This document shows positions 9,801 to 20,044 of a stretch of DNA of 62,099 nucleotides, piece by piece. Source of the DNA: Spirochaetales bacterium (GTDB taxonomy: Bacteria > Spirochaetota > Spirochaetia > DSM-27196 > SLAA01); contig SLAA01000058.1 in the NCBI GenBank assembly GCA_007127105.1, forward strand, positions 1-62,099. The letters are read 5' to 3'. Below the pieces are notes generated by a model. That model did not search any database. It was not told the origin of the DNA and saw only the letters and a program-made list of their open reading frames with translations. The position numbers and the translations under genes are program-made. Position 1 is the stretch's first letter; the number at the start of each line of letters is the position of its first letter.

Positions 9801-10913
9801 TCGGTGAGCTCAACCGACCGGGCGGGGAACACTACTCGTGTCGAGACTCAGGCGCTTCGCGTTGATACTCGCCCGACCCCGCTCTTCCTAACAGCGGAAT
9901 ACGGCGCCTTTGCTCCTAATGGAGACGGATTTCGCGACGCACTTACTATTACATCATATGTGGGACTGCCGGAGGGCATAGCTTCCTGGGAGATGGAACT
10001 CGTACATGAGAGCGGGCAGACCGTTCTTCGCCGGGGTGGAGATTCGCTTGGCCCGATCAACGAGTGGAAGTGGGACGGACGTGGTGCCGATGGTGAGATT
10101 GTAGAGGGGCGCTACACTGCACGGGTGTCTGTCAACTACGAGAAGGGCAACCGCCCACGTGCGGTGAGTGAAAGCTTCCTCCTGGATATCTCCCCGCCTC
10201 GTGTAAGGGTCGAGTTGGATCCAGTACCCTTCTCGCCCGACGACGATGGGGTGGATGACGAGCTCAGGATTTCAATTGACATACAGAACAGAAGCGACAT
10301 CGCCTTCTGGAGTTTCGAGATCCTTGATCGTAACGATCGATTCTTCCGAGAGTTTAGTGGGCGAGGTCGCCCCTCAGATACCCTTATCTGGGATGGACGC
10401 TCCGAGTCTGGTCAACTGGTTATATCGGCTGAGGACTACCCATATGTGCTGACGGTGACCGATGTGCTCGGAAAGACGAGCATTGTTGAGGGCGTTATTC
10501 CCATTGACATCCTTGTTATTCGCGATGGTGATCGTTTGAGGGTGCAAATTGCCAACATCACCTTTGCTCCGAACAGTCCGGAACTCATCATTGAGCCGAT
10601 AGATGAACGTGGTGCGCGAAACCTGGCCATAATGAATCGGCTTGCAGAAATCTTCACCCGCTATAGTATGTACAGCATACAGATAGAGGGGCACGCCGTG
10701 AATCTTAGTGGTACCGAGCGTGAGGAGCGCGAGGAGTTGCAACCCCTGTCCCTGGCCCGGGCAGAGTCGGTTAAGGAGGCAATGGTGGAAAGGGGAATCG
10801 CATCGCGGCGGATTACCGCTGTTGGACGAGGCGGCACCGAACCCATAGTGCCCCACACCGACCTGGATGAACGGTGGAAGAACCGACGGGTCGAGTTTAT
10901 TCTGATTCGATAA
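6864..10913 (+). CDS. giant envelope protein: signal peptide, N-terminal beta-barrel-like domain, 8 FlgD-Ig-like modules, C-terminal OmpA-like peptidoglycan-binding domain
   Basis: ATG 6864 follows AGGAAG. Signal peptide is ALVLALVLLVSPQLSAEY. NPAAG-type barrel start. Repeated FSP(N/D)xxGxxD ... WDG ... PDGxY modules. The C-terminus TGxxxxNxxLSxxRA-like region ends RRVEFILIR. Confidence 0.85.
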   Translation: MNQNSMYRRISGAALVLALVLLVSPQLSAEYRPATGGEDRDQFISPLLLGRGFSVTGTESPTASIMNPAAGARTQRTTLDLAYVGLNDFGGQGLDGHVVSAGAAFPNRYGVFSGSAQFLRSELDDMRLGTGGAAHFSAAKEVFDDLLVGAGVNIYAGTADRNRVAGGLDLGFIQYGGPFAPLPNFRFGAALKNLGNFYDPVSGRTGFPSSFTPAFGIGFTPLRTDRLEIDLSGDLSFPFFQNARLNLGSTVSFGEVVDIFAGWQIDLRQTVDFPDAERRSFLPSFGVGINLGLPAAENDAAQQGLSRDADQRGELRTRTSAAPLYQDVWAFSAGVNVPLGVIDRNPPVIRTDYRDQVYFSPNNNGVNDYFDLGISITDERYVMGYVLRVEDVDGNVVREIKHRDPRPAERNFRTFTEQLLAARAGVEIPETLRWDGTTNAGARAPDGDYLLYLSAWDDNDNRDEQGPKLVTVDTTPPQLELEYPGSEDRRFVLSDDGLSYEFTIQQSGSVEDRWTAEFVDDSDTVVRRFVFENEAPANITWDALDEDGVLVPDGIYRYRIQSTDRAGNATAEGFSNILLNTTPTPISASINTGYFSPNNNGRNDVVRISLSVPIRASLQSWELLIRDTQGRTVRSWNGRTEVPDLIVFDGRNESGNVLPEAAYHAQFRAFYQNGHRPESTTPDFVLDLTPPSASVQVETPVFSPDGDGVLDTALFFQESSVEPQWTGVFLNEAGERVREFRWRDRAAFRFEWDGRAEDGTPAPDGLYRYFIEATDRAGNYGRSNEVVVRLDTAETEVYISAEFSAFGPNANGIRDTIRFFPRLERNEDIVWYRLEVLDEDGEIVRSFSGQDRMRDSYVWDGSDTDGLPVGDGLYRTRLDMLYANGNRETAHTSRFELDTVYPRVTVEPEYSLFSPDGDGNRDTVQIRQSGSVEEVWEGEIRTAGGELVKSLFWEGTPESFVWDATDEAGNRVPDGDYRYSVSSTDRAGNTTRVETQALRVDTRPTPLFLTAEYGAFAPNGDGFRDALTITSYVGLPEGIASWEMELVHESGQTVLRRGGDSLGPINEWKWDGRGADGEIVEGRYTARVSVNYEKGNRPRAVSESFLLDISPPRVRVELDPVPFSPDDDGVDDELRISIDIQNRSDIAFWSFEILDRNDRFFREFSGRGRPSDTLIWDGRSESGQLVISAEDYPYVLTVTDVLGKTSIVEGVIPIDILVIRDGDRLRVQIANITFAPNSPELIIEPIDERGARNLAIMNRLAEIFTRYSMYSIQIEGHAVNLSGTEREEREELQPLSLARAESVKEAMVERGIASRRITAVGRGGTEPIVPHTDLDERWKNRRVEFILIR
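7900..10525 (+). repeat. eight tandem ~105-aa Ig-like coding modules, period 309-321 nt
   Basis: FxP(N/D) motif codons begin at 7938, 8646, 8967, 9279, 9600, 9909 and 10230. Module ends alternate between TDRAGN-type and Y-x-(N/K)-G-x-R-type. Confidence 0.8.
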
Positions 10914-10944
10914 GGTGTGAGTTTGGTGCTTTTGGGTTTAGTCT

Positions 10945-11973
10945 ATGCGTAATGTAGTGCGAGTACTCGGTGTTTCGCTTGTACTATTGATTGTAGTAGG
11001 GGCAGCGGCTTTCTGTGGACTCTATTACCTCAACACTCCACAAGTGAGAGGTATGCCTAAAGAACTCAGTTTTCGGGTCGAGGCAGGAGAATCTCTTACA
11101 GGAGTAGCTGCGCGACTGTACGACGATGGTCTTCTGCGACGCCCGGAAATACTCAGAATAGTTAGCCGGATTCGTGGTACCGATGGTCGCTTGCAAAGCG
11201 GTCGTTACCAACTCTCGAACGATCTGAGCGCAGTGCAAATTCACGAAATTCTGACCACCGGGCGGCAGGTGCTACAGAGAGTCACCATCCCGGAAGGGTG
11301 GACAACGAGGCGTGTTGCTGCTCGGCTGGAAGAGCAGGGAATTCTCTCTGCAACAGAGTTCGTGGCAGTTGTGAATGATGAGGAGTTTACAGCATCACTT
11401 GGCATCACGTCAAACTCACTTGAGGGATATCTGTATCCGGATACGTACTATTTTGTGGAGGACTTTCCTGCCGAGCGGGTGGCCACACACATGGTAGAGA
11501 GGTTCTTCAGTGTGCTTGACGAAGTATATCCAGATTATCGAACGCTGAGTTCCGAGTACATCCATGAAAGAGTAGTGCTGGCTTCCATAATTGAAAGGGA
11601 GTACATTAGCCCCGATGAAGCGCCTCTCATGGCGAGTGTCTTCCAAAACCGTCTTGATGCGAATATGCGATTGGAGTCCTGTGCCACGGTCGTTTACGTG
11701 ATGACAGAGGAAGAAGGTCTCGCTCATCCGTCACGTTTGTTTTATAGGGATCTGGAGCGTCCTTCGCCATACAACACGTATCGGAATGCTGGTCTGCCGC
11801 CCGGCCCAATTTCGAACCCGGGCAGGACGGCTCTCCATGCCGCATTTCACCCGGCGGAAAGCGACTACTGGTTTTTTGTCCTGCGAGGGCCGGGAGCGGA
11901 CCGACATCATTTCTCACGGAGCTTGTATGAGCATAGCGAAGCCGCCGTTCTCTACCTCCGTGGAACTCGATAA
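10945..11973 (+). CDS. mltG: endolytic murein transglycosylase MltG (YceG family)
   Basis: N-terminal TM helix, ASIIEREY motif, and PYNTYRNAGLPPGPISNPG. Confidence 0.9.
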   Translation: MRNVVRVLGVSLVLLIVVGAAAFCGLYYLNTPQVRGMPKELSFRVEAGESLTGVAARLYDDGLLRRPEILRIVSRIRGTDGRLQSGRYQLSNDLSAVQIHEILTTGRQVLQRVTIPEGWTTRRVAARLEEQGILSATEFVAVVNDEEFTASLGITSNSLEGYLYPDTYYFVEDFPAERVATHMVERFFSVLDEVYPDYRTLSSEYIHERVVLASIIEREYISPDEAPLMASVFQNRLDANMRLESCATVVYVMTEEEGLAHPSRLFYRDLERPSPYNTYRNAGLPPGPISNPGRTALHAAFHPAESDYWFFVLRGPGADRHHFSRSLYEHSEAAVLYLRGTR

Positions 11974-12024
11974 CTGTGGTTGGAAACGTAACGGACAGCC
12001 GTTGTACAGAGAATCGAGGAATGT

Positions 12025-13803
12025 GTGAGAATACCTGACCATCTGGTTGAACAGATTAGTGCTCGAACCGACATTGTCGCTGTCGTGAGTGAGTACGTTC
12101 AGCTCACACGCAAGGGCGGCAGGTTCTGGGCCTGCTGTCCGTTTCATCATGAGAAAACACCTTCATTTACGATCAACCCAGAGAGAGGTAGTTTTTACTG
12201 CTTTGGTTGTCAAAAGGGTGGCAGTGTCTTCACTTTTCTCATGGAACTGGAGGGGCTGAGTTTTCCTGAGGCTGCGCGTCAACTGGCCGAGAAGGCCGGA
12301 ATCGAGCTCGATGCACAGAGCCCGGAACAAGATGAGGCGCACCGCATCGTTCGTTCAACCAAGGACTTGCTTGGACGAGTTGCTGGGAGCTTCCATTATT
12401 TGTTGACCGAACGGAATGAGGGTCAGGAAGCACGACGTTACCTGGAGGAACGCGGGGTGTCGTCGAGCATAGTTCAGGAGTTTGCTCTTGGATATGCCCC
12501 GAGCGATGGCGCCTGGTTGTTCCAATTTCTGAAACGCAAGGGATATACCGAGGAGTTTCTTGCGACAACCGGGCTGTTCTCCCGAAAGAATCCGCGTTAT
12601 GCGGTTTACAGGCACCGAGTCATCTTTCCCATTCGCAATAGGCTTGGTGAGACGGTCGGTTTTGGCGCCCGAACACTGGACGGCAGTGAGCCAAAATACT
12701 TGAATTCACCTGAGTCGGAGGTATTTCGCAAGCGTGAGTTACTCTATGGACTCGACAAAGCCTATCCCGAGATCCGCAAGCACAAGCGCTTTGTCCTTGT
12801 TGAGGGTTACCTGGATGTGCTCGCTCTGCACCAGGCAGGATTGGTAACCGCGGTTGCACCTCTGGGTACCGCTTTCAGCCTTGATCAAGCAAAGAGTCTT
12901 GCGAGAGTGGCCGATCAAGCCCTCATCTGTTTCGACGGTGATACCGCGGGTGTCGAGGCTGCAGTCAAGGCAGCAACGGTGTGCGAAGAAGCTGGACTCG
13001 ACTGCCGTGCGGTGTTGCTACCGGAGGGAAAAGACCCTGCCGATATCGCTTTAGAACAAGGGGGAGACGCTTTGCGAGCGCAACTGAACGAGGCTCCACA
13101 TATCATGAACTTCTTGGTGGAGTACGCAGTCAGCGGCATAGACGTACAGGAGGCGGGCGGCCGGGATATTGCCCTAAACAAAGTATTCCCCTATATTGAG
13201 AGGGTACGTTCGGAGGTGCGCCGCGAAACCTTCTTTAGCGCGCTAGGTGACGCCCTTGGAGTAGACCCACAGGCGGTGCGCACGGATTTTCAACGGGGGA
13301 GGAAAGGATCGGACGTTCAACCCATACCATCGAAAATAGGTGAACGCTCAAGCGCAGATCAGATCTCGCTTGATCTTTACGTACTCTTGGCAGCGGCCGC
13401 GCATAGAGATGAGTTTAGTTTTTTGCGCCGGGTGGTCAATCTCCAGGACCTCAAGGATGATCGGGCGAAGGAGCTCTATATCGCTCTTGAGGAAGCGTAT
13501 CGTAATGAAGAACAGTCAGTTGAACGGCTTCTCGAACGCATTCGAGACGAAGACCTGCGACGTATGCTGGTGAGAAAACTTGCATCTGAGGAGTTCGCTG
13601 GCCAAGGGCACACATTACTTGCCGAGGGTGCGCGAAGCATACGTGAGCGAAGCTTCAAAGAGAAACAACAGCACATAGATGTTGAGTTGCGACGACTGCA
13701 GCGAAGTCGAGAAGGCGACCGTCGCGAACGTGAACAGGAACTGCTGCAAAAAAAGATTGATATTGACCGAGAATTGGCCCGTGTGAAGGACATCATTGGA
13801 TGA
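12025..13803 (+). CDS. dnaG: DNA primase
   Basis: Zinc finger [29 protein letters not shown]. Toprim motifs LVEGYLDVL and FDGDTAG. The start is GTG. Confidence 0.95.
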   Translation: MRIPDHLVEQISARTDIVAVVSEYVQLTRKGGRFWACCPFHHEKTPSFTINPERGSFYCFGCQKGGSVFTFLMELEGLSFPEAARQLAEKAGIELDAQSPEQDEAHRIVRSTKDLLGRVAGSFHYLLTERNEGQEARRYLEERGVSSSIVQEFALGYAPSDGAWLFQFLKRKGYTEEFLATTGLFSRKNPRYAVYRHRVIFPIRNRLGETVGFGARTLDGSEPKYLNSPESEVFRKRELLYGLDKAYPEIRKHKRFVLVEGYLDVLALHQAGLVTAVAPLGTAFSLDQAKSLARVADQALICFDGDTAGVEAAVKAATVCEEAGLDCRAVLLPEGKDPADIALEQGGDALRAQLNEAPHIMNFLVEYAVSGIDVQEAGGRDIALNKVFPYIERVRSEVRRETFFSALGDALGVDPQAVRTDFQRGRKGSDVQPIPSKIGERSSADQISLDLYVLLAAAAHRDEFSFLRRVVNLQDLKDDRAKELYIALEEAYRNEEQSVERLLERIRDEDLRRMLVRKLASEEFAGQGHTLLAEGARSIRERSFKEKQQHIDVELRRLQRSREGDRREREQELLQKKIDIDRELARVKDIIG

Positions 13804-15533
13804 GCGATTTGCAAAATGACCCGGCTATAGTTAAGCTTATAGCATACGCAAAGAACAAAAATGGCATCAGCTATGACGAGGTGAACGATTTCTTGCCGGA
13901 CTCAGTCGTTAACTCAGAAAAAATTGAGGAAGTTATCAATATACTAGCTAAACACAATGTGCATTTGGAGGAGGTCGGAGTGGTCGATGAGGATGTTGTG
14001 GACACCGTAACCGAAAAACCGACCAAGAAGAAGAAGGTTGTCGTATCTGACAAAGACAACGTTGTAGATGATCCAATTCGTCTCTACCTGAGGGAGATTG
14101 GCAAGGAGAACCTGCTCACGGCGGAGCAGGAAGTCGAACTCTCAAAGTTGATGGAGCAGGGCGAGAACATCATAAAGGATGTTATTCGCAGCTCGGGTAT
14201 GATTATTCCGGAGCTTTTTGGCTTGGCTCAGCGGGCATTCTCAAAGCGGGATCCTCGCGAGATGAACATGTCCAAGAAGGAGATATCGGAGTTTCTTGCT
14301 GAGCGAAGGCGACTCTCGCAGTGTTATAGAGATGCGCTCCGTGAGGTGGTCGCGGATCTGAAAGGCTATTTTGAAGTCAAGAATCGAATAGTTGCAAAAG
14401 GTGAGGATGTGCTTACCGATGTACAGCTTCAGAAGCGGCGAAAAGCCCTTATGGCTCGCATTCAAGACATCGAGATCCAACAGGAAGAGATTCTTCAGTT
14501 CAGCGACAAGTTCATTAATGCGGCCCGAAAAATAGAAAAGTATCGGAGTGAGCAGGAACGCATTGAAAAGCGGCTGCGCGTTTCGAACATGAGAGAGCTC
14601 CGTGGATTAGGCCGTGGCCTCGCGATGACGGCGGATCGCCTACGAATTGAAGAGGAGTTGGGGCTGACTTCGGACCAAATCAAGGAGAAGATTCGCCAGA
14701 TCCAGATCACGGAGAAGAAGCTCAAGGCCCTTGAGATCGACTTCGAAAACAGTATTGATGAAATTCAATCGATGTCGGAAGAGATTATTCGCGGCAAGAC
14801 CATGATGCAGAACGCCAAGGATCGCCTGATCCAGGCAAACCTGAGACTTGTAGTGAGTATCGCCAAGAAGTATACCAACCGTGGTTTGCACTTTTTCGAC
14901 CTTGTGCAGGAAGGAAATATCGGTCTCATCAAGGCGGTTGAGAAGTTCGAGTATCGAAAAGGATACAAGTTCTCAACCTATGCGACATGGTGGATTCGTC
15001 AGGCAATAACTCGTTCAATTTCCGACCAAGCGCGGACGATCCGTGTTCCAGTTCACATGATTGAACAGATCAACAAGGTCGTTCGCGAGTCTCGACAGCT
15101 CATGCAGATGTTGGGCCGTGAGCCAACCGACGAGGAAATTGGCGAGCGACTCGGCTGGACAGTGAGTCGAGTTAAGTCGGTTAAAAACGTTGCGCGTGAG
15201 CCGATTTCGCTTGAGACTCCTATCGGTGAAGAAGAAGATTCCTCACTGGGAGATTTCATTGAGGACAAAGACGTCGAGAATCCGGCACATCAGACGGCTT
15301 TCACGCTGTTGCAGGAACAATTGCGCGGCGTGTTGGGGTCGTTACCAGCACGTGAACAGGAAGTGCTCAAGATGCGTTTCGGACTTGAAGATGGATATTC
15401 GCTCACGCTTGAGGAAGTTGGTTTGTACTTCAACGTCACGCGCGAGCGCATTCGTCAGATTGAGGCAAAGGCTTTGCGTCGGCTTAGACACCCGAAACGC
15501 AGCCGACGCCTCAAAGATTACTTAGATCAATAG
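13800..15533 (+). CDS. rpoD: primary RNA polymerase sigma factor (sigma-70)
   Basis: Region 2.4 [12 protein letters not shown] and region 4.2 [22 protein letters not shown] overlap with dnaG. Confidence 0.95.
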   Translation: MSDLQNDPAIVKLIAYAKNKNGISYDEVNDFLPDSVVNSEKIEEVINILAKHNVHLEEVGVVDEDVVDTVTEKPTKKKKVVVSDKDNVVDDPIRLYLREIGKENLLTAEQEVELSKLMEQGENIIKDVIRSSGMIIPELFGLAQRAFSKRDPREMNMSKKEISEFLAERRRLSQCYRDALREVVADLKGYFEVKNRIVAKGEDVLTDVQLQKRRKALMARIQDIEIQQEEILQFSDKFINAARKIEKYRSEQERIEKRLRVSNMRELRGLGRGLAMTADRLRIEEELGLTSDQIKEKIRQIQITEKKLKALEIDFENSIDEIQSMSEEIIRGKTMMQNAKDRLIQANLRLVVSIAKKYTNRGLHFFDLVQEGNIGLIKAVEKFEYRKGYKFSTYATWWIRQAITRSISDQARTIRVPVHMIEQINKVVRESRQLMQMLGREPTDEEIGERLGWTVSRVKSVKNVAREPISLETPIGEEEDSSLGDFIEDKDVENPAHQTAFTLLQEQLRGVLGSLPAREQEVLKMRFGLEDGYSLTLEEVGLYFNVTRERIRQIEAKALRRLRHPKRSRRLKDYLDQ

Positions 15534-15555
15534 GCCGATAGAGGAGTAAATTAGG

Positions 15556-16581
15556 GTGGTTGTACAAGACGTTATCGAGCGACTACGTTCATTACAGAGC
15601 GTATTATCCGAGAAGTTTCGCATTGAGTCGGAGATCCAGGATCTTCCGCGGGCCCTTTCTACAAAGATAGAGCTCGTGAGTCGGCTCAAGCGTAGCTATA
15701 TAGAGAAGAACGCTCACTATGAAGAGATCAAGAACAGAATTCGGGATCTGCGACTGCAGATGGAAGAGGCAGAGCGTGATCGAGAGAAGCATGAACAGCA
15801 AATGGATCAGATCAAGACCCAGCGCGAGTACGAGGCGCTCGATAAAGAGATCCGTGAGGCCTCTGAACGTGAGCAAAACCTGCGCAAGGATGTTCAGCGT
15901 GAAGAAAAAGTGCTTGCCGAGACGAGTGCCGAGTTAGAACGCGAAGAGCAAATGATCCAAAGCCAGGAACAGGAACTGTCCGAGGAACAAGAGAAGATTA
16001 AGCAGGACATTGAGTCCCGTGAACAGCAATTAGCCGAGCTCGAGGCGGAAGAGAAGGAGCTTACTCCTGGATTGGAAGACGACCTTCTCTTTAAGTTTGA
16101 GCGAATTATCCGAAGTAAGGAAGGTGAAGGCATTGTTTCCCTCCGAAAGGGTGTGTGTACCGGGTGTCAAATGATTCTTTCGAATCAATTCGTTAACGAT
16201 GTTCGCCGCGGCGATGAGATACGCTTCTGTCCGTATTGCAGCAAAATTGTGTTCTACCTGGGCGAGGACGAAGCATTGTATCAGAGTAACGACTCCGAGG
16301 GTCTGGTCGATCTTATGGACGAGTTCGCGGACATGGACGACGATGATGAACTGCCCGGCAAACGGCTGAGCGAAGACGACGAGGATAGTCTAGATGATAC
16401 AGATGTTCTAGACGAGGAGCCTCTTGACCTGACAAGTTCGGACGACGACGACATAGACGACGAAGAAGAACTTGAAGAAGATGAAGACCTTGATGACGAC
16501 GATGACGATGACTTCGACGAGGACGATGAAGAGTTCGACGACGAAGATGAAGAGGAAGAAGAAGAGGACGAAGAAGATTAG
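15556..16581 (+). CDS. COG1579-type coiled-coil / C4 zinc-ribbon protein with ~100-aa poly-acidic C-terminal tail
   Basis: Long coiled coil, then CTGCQM...CPYCSKI zinc ribbon, then a tail dominated by D/E. GTG start with GAGGAG 10 nt upstream. Confidence 0.8.
   Translation: MVVQDVIERLRSLQSVLSEKFRIESEIQDLPRALSTKIELVSRLKRSYIEKNAHYEEIKNRIRDLRLQMEEAERDREKHEQQMDQIKTQREYEALDKEIREASEREQNLRKDVQREEKVLAETSAELEREEQMIQSQEQELSEEQEKIKQDIESREQQLAELEAEEKELTPGLEDDLLFKFERIIRSKEGEGIVSLRKGVCTGCQMILSNQFVNDVRRGDEIRFCPYCSKIVFYLGEDEALYQSNDSEGLVDLMDEFADMDDDDELPGKRLSEDDEDSLDDTDVLDEEPLDLTSSDDDDIDDEEELEEDEDLDDDDDDDFDEDDEEFDDEDEEEEEEDEED
16300..16578 (+). repeat. GAx-codon low-complexity tract encoding the acidic tail
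   Basis: Runs of GAC/GAT/GAA/GAG codons. Imperfect, with no fixed repeat unit. Confidence 0.7.
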
Positions 16582-16615
16582 CACCCGTTCCGTTCAGATT
16601 GAGTCGCCCATTTTC

Positions 16616-17033
16616 GGGCGGCTCGGAGCGAGGCAGGCCGGAACGTCGCTGGCTACGCTCACGCAAGTGGGCTGTGGCGGGAGGAAAGTCCGGGCTCCGC
16701 AGAGCACGACGCCGGGTAACGCCCGGACCCGTTTACGGGATAGAAAGTGCCGCAGAAACGATACCGCCTTCGACGCCTTCGGGAGTCTTAGGTAAGGGTG
16801 AAATGGTGAGGTAAGAGCTCACCGGCGATGAGGCAACTCATCGTGCTGAGGTAAACCTCGTCGGGAGCAAGGCCAAGCAGCGGGTGAGTTGCTCGCTCAT
16901 ATGCCCGCGGGTAGGTTGCTAGAGTCAGTTGGTGACGGCTGGCGTAGAGAGATGACGTTTGCGGTCGTTTGGGCTGATGCCCGAATGACCGTACAGAACC
17001 CGGCTTACAGGCCTGCTTCGCTCCGAACCGCCC
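16616..17033 (+). ncRNA. rnpB: RNase P RNA, bacterial type A
   Basis: GGAGGAAAGTCCGGGCTCC (P4 5' strand, 16679-16697) and ACAGAACCCGGCTTA (P4 3' strand, 16993-17007). Long P1 pairs GGGCGGCTCGGAGCGAGGCAGGCC with GGCCTGCTTCGCTCCGAACCGCCC. Confidence 0.93.
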
Positions 17034-17126
17034 AAGGTCCGCGCTTTCGCACTGTTCCGCCGCTCGGAAGGCTGAGGTTCGATTGACTTTTTACCGAAAC
17101 TGTAATTAAATGGCGGTGGATTCAGC

Positions 17127-18086
17127 ATGAGAGACCCCGAAGGCCGATTTCGCGTTTCAGAGGCCGGAACAAAGGCCCCACACGGTATTGCACCCGTTAC
17201 TGTGTTCCTTGCAGTTGCAGTTCTCCTAATCGGTGTTCTGGCCGCACTTATCTTTATGGGTGGACGTATAGGGTCATTGCCCTCGGTCAGGATAGGTGGT
17301 AACGGTGAGCTGATGCTCCTCTGGCAGGAACAGGCTTACGGTGATCTCATTGAACTGGCTGATCGTCGGCTTGAGGAGCGACCACTTGAGTATGAATCTT
17401 TGCTGCTTTCAGGGTTTGCGTATTTCTACCTGGGAATAGATCAAATCGAAACCGAGATCCAGCTTGATTATATGAATGAAGCGGTCGTGCGGCTACGGAA
17501 AGCCAAACTGCACGGCCGAAATGAAATGCAAAGTGAGTTGCAGTATATACTTGGGAAGGCCTACTTTCACAAAGGAGTGTACTACGACGATCTTGCCATT
17601 GACTATTTGAGCTCAAGTCTTGATGGTGGTTACCAATCCATCGATACGCATGAGTATTTGGCCCTTGCACATGCACGGCGGCATGAGTATGAGGACAGTG
17701 TGTATCATCTTGAACGTGCGGTGGAGTTGAATCCGGACGACCTTCTGTATTACACCCTCGGTGCTACGAGAATGCAGGTAGGACGTAATGAGGACGCTCT
17801 CCAAAGCTTTCGTGAGGCTGTCCGCGTGAGCTCTGACGAGTATCTGCAACAACAGGCACGTATTCGGCTGGGTGAACTGCTGCAACTGAGCGGAGACTAC
17901 GATGAAGCCGAGGAGCAATTGAGGCTCGTTCTGCAGGACAATCCCAAGTCGGCAGATGCGCACTTTGTTCTCGGTGAGATATACAGTGCCCGGGGTGATA
18001 GGGAGCGTGCTCGCTACGAGTGGCGGGAGGCGGTTCGTATCGAACCACGCCATGTAGATGCACTTCAGAGTTTGCAGAACAACTAA
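17127..18086 (+). CDS. membrane-anchored TPR-repeat protein
   Basis: N-terminal TM helix ([20 protein letters not shown]) followed by TPR-like repeats. Confidence 0.75.
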   Translation: MRDPEGRFRVSEAGTKAPHGIAPVTVFLAVAVLLIGVLAALIFMGGRIGSLPSVRIGGNGELMLLWQEQAYGDLIELADRRLEERPLEYESLLLSGFAYFYLGIDQIETEIQLDYMNEAVVRLRKAKLHGRNEMQSELQYILGKAYFHKGVYYDDLAIDYLSSSLDGGYQSIDTHEYLALAHARRHEYEDSVYHLERAVELNPDDLLYYTLGATRMQVGRNEDALQSFREAVRVSSDEYLQQQARIRLGELLQLSGDYDEAEEQLRLVLQDNPKSADAHFVLGEIYSARGDRERARYEWREAVRIEPRHVDALQSLQNN

Positions 18087-18100
18087 TAGCGGAGGGTCCT

Positions 18101-19144
18101 ATGGGACTGGCTAACCTTTTTGATGCGTTTTCTACGGATATTGGAATTGATCTCGGCACATGCAACACTCTTATCTATATCCGAGGTAAGGGAATTATGG
18201 TGAGTGAGCCATCGGTCGTCGCCGTGGAGCGCGGTACCAAGAAGGTCGTAGCTGTCGGCGAAGAAGCCAAGCGTATGCTCTGGAAAACGCCGGGTGACAT
18301 AATTGCGATACGACCATTACGTGACGGTGTTATTGCGGATCTTGAGACTACTGAAAAAATGATTCGTTACTTCATTGCTAAGGTGGTACAGCGGCGTTGG
18401 CTTGTGAAACCGCGTATGGTAGTGGGTGTACCTTCCTGCATAACCGAGGTTGAGCGCCGCGCCGTTGAGGAAAGTGCCTATAAGGCAGGCGCTCGTGAGG
18501 TCAAGGTTATAGAAGAATCTCTCGCTGCGGCAATTGGGGCGAATATCCCAATTTATGAACCGGCAGGTCACATGATCTGCGATATAGGTGGGGGCACAAG
18601 CGAAATCTCTGTTATCTCTTTGGGCGGGATGGTAGTGACAAACGCTATTCGCCTTGGTGGTGACGAGTTTGATGAAGCCATCATTAAGCATGTGCGAACC
18701 GTGCATAATCTCATTATTGGTGAAGGAACAGCTGAAGAGCTCAAGAAGAAGATCGGTAATGCTTCTCCGGATAAGAAGATCGAGAAGATGGAGATCAAGG
18801 GTACCGACGCTATTACCGGGTTGCCGCGACGCCTTGAAATTGACAGCGTTGAGGTTCGAGAGGCGCTTCAGGAGCCCATCACCGCGATTGTTGAGGAGAT
18901 TAAGCGCACGTTGGGGCAAACACCTCCGGAGTTGGCTGCCGATATCGTCGAGCGCGGAATTGTTATGACCGGTGGCGGTTCGTTGTTAAAAGGTCTTGAT
19001 ACCCTCATTGCCAACGAGACCGGCGTTCCCTGCTTTTTAGCCGAAGATCCACTAAACTGTGTTGCGCTGGGTGCTGGAATGTACTTTGAGCGTGAACGCA
19101 GCAGAAATGCCAGCGCGCGGCACAGCATATACAACCGACTCTAA
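18101..19144 (+). CDS. mreB: rod-shape protein MreB
   Basis: [13 protein letters not shown] and [16 protein letters not shown] motifs. ATG 18101 follows GGAGGG. The track start at 18020 overlaps the upstream gene. Confidence 0.95.
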   Translation: MGLANLFDAFSTDIGIDLGTCNTLIYIRGKGIMVSEPSVVAVERGTKKVVAVGEEAKRMLWKTPGDIIAIRPLRDGVIADLETTEKMIRYFIAKVVQRRWLVKPRMVVGVPSCITEVERRAVEESAYKAGAREVKVIEESLAAAIGANIPIYEPAGHMICDIGGGTSEISVISLGGMVVTNAIRLGGDEFDEAIIKHVRTVHNLIIGEGTAEELKKKIGNASPDKKIEKMEIKGTDAITGLPRRLEIDSVEVREALQEPITAIVEEIKRTLGQTPPELAADIVERGIVMTGGGSLLKGLDTLIANETGVPCFLAEDPLNCVALGAGMYFERERSRNASARHSIYNRL

Positions 19145-19156
19145 GGCTGGTTAATA

Positions 19157-20044
19157 GTGCGTAGGTTTCGTGAACTCATCCATAACCACGGTACCGGCGT
19201 ATCACTGACTACGTTGCTTCTCAGCGCCACTCTGATGCTGGTGTTTCAGAGTGGCCCCACACGAGGAGGTTTTGGTGAGTTGGGTCTCAGCATAGTCGGT
19301 GTGGCTCAGCAGAGTACTGCTTGGGTTGTTGGAGGAATCTCTTCAACCATTGGCTCGGTCAGTGAGCTTGGAAACCTTCGTAGCGACTACGAGGTGCTCC
19401 TTGAGCAGCTGCTTGAGTATGAGGCGGCACAACAAGACCTGGCAGAGTTACGACAGGAGCTGCAGAGCCTACGAGAGCTGCTCGGCTTTTCCGAACAGCT
19501 TGAAACACGCAATATACCCGCCCGCGTAATTGGTAAAGATCCAGGCAACTTCTTTTCGACCATTAGCATCAACAAGGGCCGCCGAGATGGAATGCAGGTT
19601 GATTTGCCTGTAATCGCGGTTCAGGATAATGGCGAGGGTTTGGTGGGGCGTATTGCGCGCGTGGGCGCTACCAGCTCCATTGTTCGTCCAATCTTTGATA
19701 GTGCCTCATTCGTTGCCGCGAGACTTCAGAGTTCGCGGCACGAGGGACTGGTGTCAGGTGGCGGAATTGGAAACAACGTGCTGCTTATGCGCTATGTGCC
19801 TGAAGGGGCACGAGGCGAGATTAGCTACGGTGATGTTGTCGTCACCAGTGGTATGAGTGAGATTTTTCCTTCAGGAATACGCATTGGTCGTGTCAGATCA
19901 ATTAGCTCACAACCATATGAAACCTCTTTGGAGCTTGAGCTCGGTGCAGTGGTCGATTTTTCTCGTTTGGAGTACGTACTGGTGATAGTCCCAGGTAGTG
20001 ACGATAGCTCAGAAATGAACAGCCGGATTGGTAACAGCCAGTAA
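19157..20044 (+). CDS. mreC: rod-shape protein MreC
   Basis: Position after mreB, TM helix plus coiled coil, and GLVGRIARVG...SIVRPIFD. Confidence 0.85.
   Translation: MRRFRELIHNHGTGVSLTTLLLSATLMLVFQSGPTRGGFGELGLSIVGVAQQSTAWVVGGISSTIGSVSELGNLRSDYEVLLEQLLEYEAAQQDLAELRQELQSLRELLGFSEQLETRNIPARVIGKDPGNFFSTISINKGRRDGMQVDLPVIAVQDNGEGLVGRIARVGATSSIVRPIFDSASFVAARLQSSRHEGLVSGGGIGNNVLLMRYVPEGARGEISYGDVVVTSGMSEIFPSGIRIGRVRSISSQPYETSLELELGAVVDFSRLEYVLVIVPGSDDSSEMNSRIGNSQ

Noticed and set aside
16300-16578. The acidic-tail coding region considered as a microsatellite or phase-variable tandem repeat.
   Set aside because: There is no fixed repeat unit. It is a codon-level compositional bias (GAx codons), not a slippage-prone perfect repeat.
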